Below are positions 25,436 through 32,605 of a stretch of 51,471 nucleotides of DNA, in pieces. The translations under genes were made by a program, and so were the position numbers. The first letter of the stretch is position 1, and each line of letters starts with the position of its first letter. The stretch comes from Candidatus Staskawiczbacteria bacterium RIFCSPLOWO2_01_FULL_38_12b (GTDB lineage Bacteria > Patescibacteriota > Minisyncoccia > Minisyncoccales > Staskawiczbacteraceae): positions 7,288-58,758 of the forward strand of contig MHPA01000016.1 in NCBI GenBank assembly GCA_001820255.1, written 5' to 3'. The notes beneath the pieces were generated by a model. It saw only the letters and a list, made by a program, of their open reading frames with translations, was not told where the DNA came from and did not search any database.

Positions 25436-25453
25436 AGCATTATTAAACAAATT

Positions 25454-25536
25454 AGGAGGAGTCGCATAACGGTATTGCAAAGGATTGCTAATCCTTGCCC
25501 TTTCGGGGGCCTGTGGGTTCGATTCCCACCTCCTCC
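25454..25536 (+). tRNA. tRNA-Ser (anticodon GCT)
   Basis: Manual fold: acceptor GGAGGAG/CTCCTCC, 3-bp D stem GCA/TGC, anticodon stem AAGGA/TCCTT with loop TTGCTAA, variable arm GCCC-TTTC-GGGGGC, T arm GTGGG-TTCGATT-CCCAC, discriminator G. Confidence 0.85.
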
Positions 25537-25576
25537 GCTTTTGTAATTAATATCGAAGATTAACTCTTATTTAGAC

Positions 25577-26494
25577 ATGCATAACCAAAAAGGATTTATT
25601 AATGTTATATTGCTCATTATTGCAATCCTTGTTTTTTTGGGCGCAGGGACTTATATTGCCTTGTATCAAAAAATAATAAATCCGTTTCCGCTAAGGCCAA
25701 ATCCCATACCCGTAGTATGCACCCAGGAAGCAAAACAATGCCCCGATGGTTCGTACGTAAGCCGCACCGGCCCAAATTGCGATTTTGCATCGTGTCCGAC
25801 AATACATCCAACGCAAAATCCCAACGAAAAACAAATCTCTTTACAAGAAGGACAGCGGGAAGCATCGCTATTGATCCAAAAAATTTATTCTGACTACGTA
25901 ACGGGCCTTAATTATCCTGAATATCCGGTAGCAACGAATCAGGGCTATCCCATAACCTTGCATATTGGAGAAACCGCCAGCAATGGATGCACCATCACTT
26001 TGACACTTATTAAAATTAATGGAGACACTGCTGTATTTACAGAAAAAACAGATTTTAACAGAATTTGCCCGATATGCCTTGCAAAAAATACATTAATTAA
26101 CACGCCTGGCGGCACAATCCCTGTACAAAATTTGCAAGAAGGAATGGCAGTTTGGAGCGTTGATGAATTTGGAAATAAAATTTCTGCCATCATTACCAAA
26201 ACCTCAAAAACTCCCGTTCCAAAAGACCATCAGATGGTTCATATCATTCTTAAAGATAAACGGGAAATTTTTGCCTCGCCAGGGCATCCCGTTGGAGACG
26301 GCAGGATTTTCAACGACCTTTTTATTGGCGACTTGCTTGATGGAAGCCGCATCATAACTGCAGAAAAAACTTTGTACGATAAAAGTTACACCTACGACAT
26401 TTTACCCTCCGGGCCAACGGGATTTTACTTTGCCGGATACAATACTGCACCCGGCTCTGCCAACGGAATTCTTATAGACAACACGCTTCACTAA
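25577..26494 (+). CDS. Membrane-anchored secreted protein with a C-terminal Hint (Hedgehog/intein-like) domain
   Basis: N-terminal TM (FINVILLIIAILVFLGAG), a Cys motif CTQEAKQCPDGSYVSRTGPNCDFASCP, and a beta-rich middle. From Cys167 onward: CLAKNTLINTPGGTIPVQNLQEGMAVW (Hint block A), SPGHP (block B-like), and YDILPSG...NGILIDNT (C-terminal blocks). Confidence 0.6.
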   Translation: MHNQKGFINVILLIIAILVFLGAGTYIALYQKIINPFPLRPNPIPVVCTQEAKQCPDGSYVSRTGPNCDFASCPTIHPTQNPNEKQISLQEGQREASLLIQKIYSDYVTGLNYPEYPVATNQGYPITLHIGETASNGCTITLTLIKINGDTAVFTEKTDFNRICPICLAKNTLINTPGGTIPVQNLQEGMAVWSVDEFGNKISAIITKTSKTPVPKDHQMVHIILKDKREIFASPGHPVGDGRIFNDLFIGDLLDGSRIITAEKTLYDKSYTYDILPSGPTGFYFAGYNTAPGSANGILIDNTLH

Positions 26495-26550
26495 GCGTAT
26501 AATGGAAACATAGCGAAAGGTCGCGGGAAAATAAATAATTTTAAAAAAAT

Positions 26551-26739
26551 ATGGCAGACGAACAAATAACAAAAGAAGAGGCAATGGCGCTGTGCTCATG
26601 CGGATCGGGAAAAATGTATGGTGTATGTTGTGGCATGATGAAACTCTGTTTTTGCGGATCAGGAAATCCGGTAGGACAATGCTGTATGGCAGACCCAAAA
26701 GCTCATGGAGTAGATGACGCAGATAAGCCTGCGATGTAA
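26551..26739 (+). CDS. Small protein with two SEC-C-type metal-binding motifs
   Basis: CSCGSGKMYGVCCG and CFCGSGNPVGQCC both fit the SEC-C motif C.CGSG..y..CCg. 62 aa, followed by an intrinsic terminator. Confidence 0.6.
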   Translation: MADEQITKEEAMALCSCGSGKMYGVCCGMMKLCFCGSGNPVGQCCMADPKAHGVDDADKPAM

Positions 26740-26757
26740 TTTTTTAGACGAAAAAAA

Positions 26758-26791
26758 ACACCGTCTGGCAACTGCCAGATGGTGTTTTTTA
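26758..26791 (+). terminator. Rho-independent terminator
   Basis: Stem ACACCGTCTGGCA / TGCCAGATGGTGT with a 2-3 nt loop, followed by TTTTTTATT. Confidence 0.8.
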
Positions 26792-26831
26792 TTGAAAAAG
26801 TCTGAAAATTAATATACCATAATACATATAT

Positions 26832-26906
26832 GCCCTCATAGTTTAATGGACAGAATGCGAGCTTGCGGAGCTTGCGATGTAGGTTCGATTCCTACTGGGG
26901 GCACCA
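26832..26906 (+). tRNA. tRNA-Arg (anticodon GCG), CCA encoded
   Basis: Manual fold: acceptor GCCCTCA/TGGGGGC (one G-U pair), anticodon stem CGAGC/GCTTG with loop TTGCGGA, T arm GTAGG-TTCGATT-CCTAC, then ACCA. Confidence 0.8.
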
Positions 26907-26911
26907 AATTT

Positions 26912-27991
26912 ATGCGAACGCCACTTTCGGAAAAAAAACTCCAAGAACTCATTGAAAAAATTGAGCCCTTTAAGGTCGGTTTTGACGCAATTGGAGAACA
27001 CGTCATCATCACCGATGAAAATGCTAATATCCTTTACGCAAATAAAGGAGTAGAAGAGCAAACTGGATTTTCCATCCAAGAGATTATCGGAAAAACTCCC
27101 GCCGATGTATGGGGCGGCAAGATGCCAAAAGATTTTTATAAAACATTATGGCACACCATCAAAACAGAAAAAAAACCGTTTGTAGGGGAATTAAATAATG
27201 TAAAAAAAGACGGTACTAAGTACTGGCAAGAAATACATATTCATCCGATATTTAATCACGATGGTACGATAAAGTTTTTCATCGCCATAGAGCCTAATAT
27301 CACCGAAAGGAAGGAAAAAGAAAAATTCAAAGAAGAATTTATTTCTATTATTTCCCACCAATTAAAAAATCCCCTCACCGTGATGAAATGGACCCTGGAA
27401 ATATTAGCCAAGATAGAAGGAGCCACCTCAAGCGATCAAAAGAGAATAAAAGTAGTCCTTGAAAACACACAATCAATTATTGATTTGGTAAACGACCTCA
27501 CTATTATTTCAAAAATTGGCAAGATAGATACTCAAACCAACATTGACCTTTTTACGGTCATTAATTCAATCATTGAACAGGCCAAAGTAGCCAACCGCAA
27601 TACCGTCATTGAATTTAAAAAAGATATGGAGCCTTGCATCATAAAAAGCAATTCCACGCTTTCTTTTGAAGTATTTAAAAATCTTATTTTCAATGCCGCA
27701 GAATATTCAGATAAAGATCATGGAATAGTTAATATTCATTTGAAAAAAGAAAATGATTATTATCTTTTTTCCGTAGAAAATAACGGTATTGAAATTCCTA
27801 AAAATGAGCAAAGTAAGATATTTTCAAAATTTTTCCGCGCATCTAATGCATCCGACAGGAAAGAAAGCGGCACCGGATTGGGCCTGTTTATCGCAAAAAT
27901 GATATGCGACTATTTTGGGTGGCAAATTTCATTTAAAAGCCCGACTGACAAAGGCAATGGAGCGATTTTTCACCTAAAAATACCGATTTAG
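26912..27991 (+). CDS. Cytoplasmic PAS-domain sensor histidine kinase
   Basis: PAS region (HVIITDENANILYANKGVEEQTGFSIQEIIGK), H box FISIISHQLKNPLT, N box NLIFNAAEYS, G boxes GTGLGLFIAKMI. Start moved to the Met at 26912 because the track ORF start lies inside tRNA-Arg. Confidence 0.85.
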   Translation: MRTPLSEKKLQELIEKIEPFKVGFDAIGEHVIITDENANILYANKGVEEQTGFSIQEIIGKTPADVWGGKMPKDFYKTLWHTIKTEKKPFVGELNNVKKDGTKYWQEIHIHPIFNHDGTIKFFIAIEPNITERKEKEKFKEEFISIISHQLKNPLTVMKWTLEILAKIEGATSSDQKRIKVVLENTQSIIDLVNDLTIISKIGKIDTQTNIDLFTVINSIIEQAKVANRNTVIEFKKDMEPCIIKSNSTLSFEVFKNLIFNAAEYSDKDHGIVNIHLKKENDYYLFSVENNGIEIPKNEQSKIFSKFFRASNASDRKESGTGLGLFIAKMICDYFGWQISFKSPTDKGNGAIFHLKIPI

Positions 27992-28145
27992 ATATTTTTA
28001 GTAAAAATATTGTTAAAAACTCCATAAAAATATGGGGTTTTTAGTTACTACTCCGTATTGTTAAACTTATCCACAGCCTCTACGACAAAAACAGAACTTG
28101 ATGTAAAAAAACTAAAAGAGTAAAATGTAAGTTGCATATAAAAAA

Positions 28146-28282
28146 TAATTTGAAATTTAAAATTTGAATTTTTAAGTCAATTTGAAATGATTAAATGGTT
28201 TGATTTGCCGACATTTTCATTTGTGAAAATGTCGGCACCTACTTATTGAAAATTTTAATATTGGAAATTGAAAATTCAATTT
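28146..28282. repeat. AATTTGAAA/TGAAAAT repeat block with GC hairpin upstream of nrdA
   Basis: AATTTGAAATTTAAAATTTGAATTT ... GAAATGATTAAAT ... a perfect hairpin TGCCGACATTTTCA-TTTG-TGAAAATGTCGGCA (28205-28236) ... GGAAATTGAAAATTCAATTTT. Confidence 0.8.
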
Positions 28283-28303
28283 TAAACAAAGTTTAAAATT
28301 GCC

Positions 28304-31036
28304 ATGGAGCTTACCATTACAAAACGAGACGGTACCAAAGAATTATTCAATGCGGACAAGATAAATCGCTCTATTGAGCGCGCCGCCTTTGGCATGATAG
28401 ACCCCATCGCCAAAGTTACCCAGGTTGCCACCGATACCAAAGTTACACTCTATAACGGAATCACCAGTGAAGAGTTAGACCAAGCCACCATCAATGCGGC
28501 CGTACAAAACATAAAAGAAAACCCCGACTACGACAAAATTGCCACCCGATTGCTGTTAAAAACGGTTTATAAACACGTCTTGGGAGATTTTAGCGACAGC
28601 CAGGAGCAATTAAAAAAAATACACCAGGAATATTTTCCAAGCTACATTAAAAAGGGCGTGCAAGACGGAATTTTAGACCCACAGATGGAAAAAAACTTTG
28701 ATCTGGAACGCCTGGCAAATTTTTTGGATATTTTAAGAGATGAATTATTTATTTACTCAGGATTAGACGGATTGCTTCACCGCTATTCGGTAAAAGATAA
28801 AAATCAAAAACCGTTTGAAACCCCGCAATATTTTTTTATGAGAGTCGCCATGGGCCTTTCCTACAACGAAAAGGATCCAAACGAATGGGCGATAAAATTT
28901 TATGAAAAAATGTCCCAACATGAATATATCGCCGGCGGATCCACCAATATTTATTCCGGAACGGCCACTCCCTCCCTTTCCAACTGTTTTTTACTGGAAA
29001 TCCACGACGATATGTCGCATATCTCAAAATCAGTTGCCGATGTCATGTTGCTTTCAAAAGCTTCCGGAGGCATCGGCGCTTCCATTACCAAGCTAAGGGC
29101 TACCGGCTCGCCTTTATCTTCCAATAATACCACTTCGTCAGGGCCCACGCCTTTTGCAAAAATCATTGATACGGCAATCAGAGCCATTCAAAGAGGCGGA
29201 AAGAAAAAAGGCGCCCTGTGTTTTTATATGGAAAACTGGCACATTGATTTTCCTGATTTTGTCAACTGGAAGCAAAGCGCAGGCGACGATTACTTAAGAA
29301 TGAGGACTGCAGACACTGCGGTTTTTATTTCTGATGAATTCATGAAACGGGTGGAATCCAAAGCCGACTGGTATATGTTTGACCCCAAAGAAACCGCCGA
29401 TTTAAATGAACTGTACGGGATAGCATTTTCAAAAAGATACAACGAATATATAAAAATGGCCGAAGAAGGAAAATTACGAATGTGGAAAAAAGTTCCCGCC
29501 ACCGAACAATATCGACAAATTTTGGTGAGCCTGCAAACTACCTCGCACCCCTGGCTTACCTTTAAAGATTCTATTAATTTACGGGCGTTAAATAACAATA
29601 CTGGCACGATTCATATGTCAAATTTGTGCACGGAAATTTGCCTGCCCCAAGACAAAGACAATATTGCGGTATGCAACCTGGCTTCAATAAATATTGCTGC
29701 GCACTTAAAGAAAAAACAAATTGACTGGCAAAAATTAGAAGAATCAGCCAGGCTGGCGGTGCGCCAACTGGACAATTTAATAGATATCAATAAACTGCCC
29801 ATACCGGAAGCAAGGCGATCAGATAGTGAAAACCGGGCCATTGGCCTTGGGGTCATGGGTTTTTCCGACGCCATAGAGCAATTGGGAATTCCCTACGATA
29901 GCCCTCACGCTTATGATTTTACCGATAAAATTTTTGAATTCATCAGCCACATGGCCATTGACGAAAGCGCAAATTTGGCGCAAGAGCGCGGAAGTTACAA
30001 AAATTTTGCGGGATCAGGCTGGTCAAAGGGAATGGTTCCCGTTGACACTATGGAAATCCTAGAAAAAGAACGGGGAAGCGCCATTGACGTTGATAAAAAA
30101 TCAAAGCAAAATTGGCTGGATTGGGAAACTCTGCGAGGCAAAGTAAAAAAAGGCATAAGAAACGCCACCTTGATGGCAGTAGCTCCCAATGCTAATATCG
30201 GCTTGGTAGCCGGAACTACTCCAGGAATTGACCCGCGCTTTGCGCAAGTTTTTTCACGCAATAAAATTTCCGGAAAGTATTTGGACATCAACCACAACTT
30301 AGTTACCGAGTTAAAAAATATGAACCTATGGGATATGGTAAAAGACAAAATTATTGAATTGCAAGGGGATGTTTCTTCCATAGAAGAAATTCCGGCCCAT
30401 ATCCGGGACATTTACAAGACTTCGTTTTCTGTTTCGCCCTACGCCTTTATAGAGGTTGCCGCAAGAGCCCAAAAATGGGTTGACCAGGCCTTGAGCCGAA
30501 ATATGTATTTGGATGACCGAGATATCGACAAAACCATGGATATTTATTTTACCGGCTGGAAAAAGGGATTAAAGTCAACCTATTATTTACATATGAAGCC
30601 ACGCCACAGCGCCGAGCAAAGCACGGTGGCGGTCAACAAATCGGCCAAATTAGGTAAAATGGGATTTGCGGCGGCATTTAAAACCAAGGAAGAAGTCATT
30701 ATTACAGAAAACATTGAAGTAAAAATTATGGAAACTGCGGTTTTGCAAGACCCCGACCAAAGCGACGACCCTATCCAGGAAGAGGAAGTGATAGAAAATA
30801 AAGCGGCAGAAAGAATTATTGAAGCCGTGCCCGAAAAAGAGCCTTTTAACGTTGTCCAAAACAAGCCCGTTTCACATCAAATTTTCTCAAAGGTACAAAC
30901 ACAGCTTCCCAATCCGCAACAACTTCCCGCACAACAACCCGAACACTTCCAAACAAAGATAATTGATGGTAGGTTATATAAAATCCACATGCCATCGGAT
31001 CCGCAGGAAAACTTCACCTGCGACGGATGCCAATAG
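28304..31036 (+). CDS. nrdA: Class I ribonucleoside-diphosphate reductase alpha subunit with ATP-cone and a long low-complexity C-terminal tail
   Basis: ATP-cone (ITKRDGTKELFNADKI), catalytic motifs SNCFL, NLCTEI and LMAVAPN, and a C-terminal CDGC redox pair. About 130 extra residues rich in E/Q/P precede the tail. Confidence 0.95.
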   Translation: MELTITKRDGTKELFNADKINRSIERAAFGMIDPIAKVTQVATDTKVTLYNGITSEELDQATINAAVQNIKENPDYDKIATRLLLKTVYKHVLGDFSDSQEQLKKIHQEYFPSYIKKGVQDGILDPQMEKNFDLERLANFLDILRDELFIYSGLDGLLHRYSVKDKNQKPFETPQYFFMRVAMGLSYNEKDPNEWAIKFYEKMSQHEYIAGGSTNIYSGTATPSLSNCFLLEIHDDMSHISKSVADVMLLSKASGGIGASITKLRATGSPLSSNNTTSSGPTPFAKIIDTAIRAIQRGGKKKGALCFYMENWHIDFPDFVNWKQSAGDDYLRMRTADTAVFISDEFMKRVESKADWYMFDPKETADLNELYGIAFSKRYNEYIKMAEEGKLRMWKKVPATEQYRQILVSLQTTSHPWLTFKDSINLRALNNNTGTIHMSNLCTEICLPQDKDNIAVCNLASINIAAHLKKKQIDWQKLEESARLAVRQLDNLIDINKLPIPEARRSDSENRAIGLGVMGFSDAIEQLGIPYDSPHAYDFTDKIFEFISHMAIDESANLAQERGSYKNFAGSGWSKGMVPVDTMEILEKERGSAIDVDKKSKQNWLDWETLRGKVKKGIRNATLMAVAPNANIGLVAGTTPGIDPRFAQVFSRNKISGKYLDINHNLVTELKNMNLWDMVKDKIIELQGDVSSIEEIPAHIRDIYKTSFSVSPYAFIEVAARAQKWVDQALSRNMYLDDRDIDKTMDIYFTGWKKGLKSTYYLHMKPRHSAEQSTVAVNKSAKLGKMGFAAAFKTKEEVIITENIEVKIMETAVLQDPDQSDDPIQEEEVIENKAAERIIEAVPEKEPFNVVQNKPVSHQIFSKVQTQLPNPQQLPAQQPEHFQTKIIDGRLYKIHMPSDPQENFTCDGCQ

Positions 31037-31185
31037 GATGAAATTCCAAATTCAAATCACCAAATCCCAAATAAATTCTAATTTTTAAATTACTAAAATC
31101 TGAAGTGTTCGTCATTGCCGCAAAAACCGCAAGTTTGCGGCACAATCCAGTTTGACTTTCGTAGTAAAAAACACTACATTTAACC

Positions 31186-31366
31186 CATGGACATCACATC
31201 CAGAAACCGCACTTAAGTCGCCGGCGGTCTGGCAATATTGGGCGGCTTGGAGCAAAAAGTTTGCGAGGCGTAGCCGTAGCTACAGCTCGCACACTTTTTG
31301 TGAAAACTGCCCAAGACTGACAAATCCGGCAAGACTTGGAGTGCGGTTTCTGGATGTGATGTCCAT
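31186..31366. repeat. Long hairpin F (arms CATGGACATCACATCCAGAAACCGCACT / AGTGCGGTTTCTGGATGTGATGTCCAT)
   Basis: 27-28-nt perfect inverted repeat. The apex CAAAAAGTTTGCGAGGCGTAGCCGTAGCTACAGCTCGCACACTTTTTG carries the same GCGTAGC...GCTAC apical motif as D and E. Confidence 0.9.
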
Positions 31367-31550
31367 ATGCCAAAATTAACTCAACAAGTTACTAAAAAAG
31401 ACATCCAAGTAAAAATATCATATTCAGACAACAGAGTAATGGGGGGTTTAGAAAAAATGGAGTTTAATGTATGTAAAAAAATTGATGCGCTTATTTTAAA
31501 ATGCGAAAATTTCTTAAAAAGGCTCTCTATAAAATATAGAGATTAACACT

Positions 31551-31838
31551 ATGAAAAATAAAAAAATCACTATTGATGATTTAGCGTTGATGATGAAGAA
31601 GGGCTTTGATGGGGTTGACCGAAAGCTTGATATTCAGGATGAAAAAATATCGGAAATAAAAACAGAAATCAGGGCGCTTGATTTGAAATTCAGCCAGAAA
31701 ATGAATGAACTCACCACTACACTTGATAGATTTTTAAAAAGAATGACCGATATGGAAGATGAGTTTGCTATGATGAAAAACGATCTTAATAGAATGAAAA
31801 AAGTAATAAGGGAAAAATTAGGCGTAGATTTAACGTAA
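31551..31838 (+). CDS. Small coiled-coil protein (paralog of 50123-50398)
   Basis: 95 aa. KKITIDDLALMMKKGFDGVDRKLD...LDRFLKRMTDMEDEF has the same N-terminal KKIT motif and heptad-like pattern as the 91-aa ORF at 50123-50398. Confidence 0.45.
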   Translation: MKNKKITIDDLALMMKKGFDGVDRKLDIQDEKISEIKTEIRALDLKFSQKMNELTTTLDRFLKRMTDMEDEFAMMKNDLNRMKKVIREKLGVDLT

Positions 31839-31847
31839 AGAATTTTT

Positions 31848-31940
31848 AATCCATAACCCACCGAATCCGCAGGAAAACTTCACGCTTGCCCCGTAGTGAA
31901 ATTGCAGTTTCTACTACTGGGGTGCGACGGATGTCAGTGA
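31848..31940 (+). pseudogene. Relic copy of the nrdA 3' end, disrupted by a 38-nt hairpin
   Basis: 31848-31883 matches 30982-31017 at 31 of 36 nt. 31923-31940 (TGCGACGGATGTCAGTGA) encodes CDGCQ-stop, like 31019-31036, but with synonymous differences. A 38-nt insert lies at 31885-31922. Confidence 0.75.
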
Positions 31941-31991
31941 TAAGTAATTGCAAATGCAAAAATCAAATTGTAAAATTACAATTAAAAATTT

Positions 31992-32522
31992 ATGTCAAAT
32001 AAAAAAGAAATAGTTGGTTTCATTAAAGAACAAATAAAACAGAATACTCCAAAATCTCAAATTGAAAATGAATTATCTTCAAAATATGAACGAAAAGAAT
32101 ACGAAAAAATCCTAAAAGATTTTCCCGAACCTTCGCTAAAAGAAAAATACAAGCTACTTAATAATACTCTTATTGCTTGTGTTAGTATTATGACATTGTT
32201 TAAGCTGCTAACAATCGTAGAAATTGGTTCAGAATTTGGAGTAATAGCAGTACTAATATTTCTTGTTATTGGATTACTGATACCGATATATTTGGTAATC
32301 TATTTATTACAGTATCGCAGAGGTGCCTATATTATTACTATTGCATTAACAGTGCTATCCTTGCGTAATTTTTTTGACGGGGTTGATGAAATATTTACAT
32401 CAGGCAATTGGCTATACATCGGAATATTTTTCTTTGGATTAATTTTAGTTATACTTTTAATCTTAATACCTGCGATTCTTTTGAAAAAGCTTTGGCCAAA
32501 ACAATTAGTAAAAAGTTTATAA
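31992..32522 (+). CDS. Hypothetical membrane protein (4 predicted TM segments)
   Basis: 176 aa. A charged N-terminal 60 aa is followed by four hydrophobic stretches. Confidence 0.5.
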   Translation: MSNKKEIVGFIKEQIKQNTPKSQIENELSSKYERKEYEKILKDFPEPSLKEKYKLLNNTLIACVSIMTLFKLLTIVEIGSEFGVIAVLIFLVIGLLIPIYLVIYLLQYRRGAYIITIALTVLSLRNFFDGVDEIFTSGNWLYIGIFFFGLILVILLILIPAILLKKLWPKQLVKSL

Positions 32523-32605
32523 AAAAGTTGTATCGCTATTGAGAGGTAAAAGCACGAAACAACTTACTTCAGTACTGAATAGTTTTATTACCATTAATAA
32601 ATAAT

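Noticed and set aside
26846-26911. N-terminal 22 codons of the track ORF 26846-27991 (MDRMRACGACDVGSIPTGGTKF)
   Set aside because: This stretch lies entirely inside tRNA-Arg (26832-26906). The kinase most likely starts at the Met at 26912.
28022-28035. CCATAAAAATATGG upstream of nrdA, considered as an NrdR box
   Set aside because: It has only 5-bp arms and poor agreement with the 16-bp NrdR palindrome as I remember it. There is no tandem second box at the expected helical spacing, and no nrdR gene in the window.
31152-31379. 75-aa ORF in the nrdA-nrdB insertion
   Set aside because: It coincides exactly with long hairpin F, so its two halves are reverse complements of each other. It is almost certainly non-coding.
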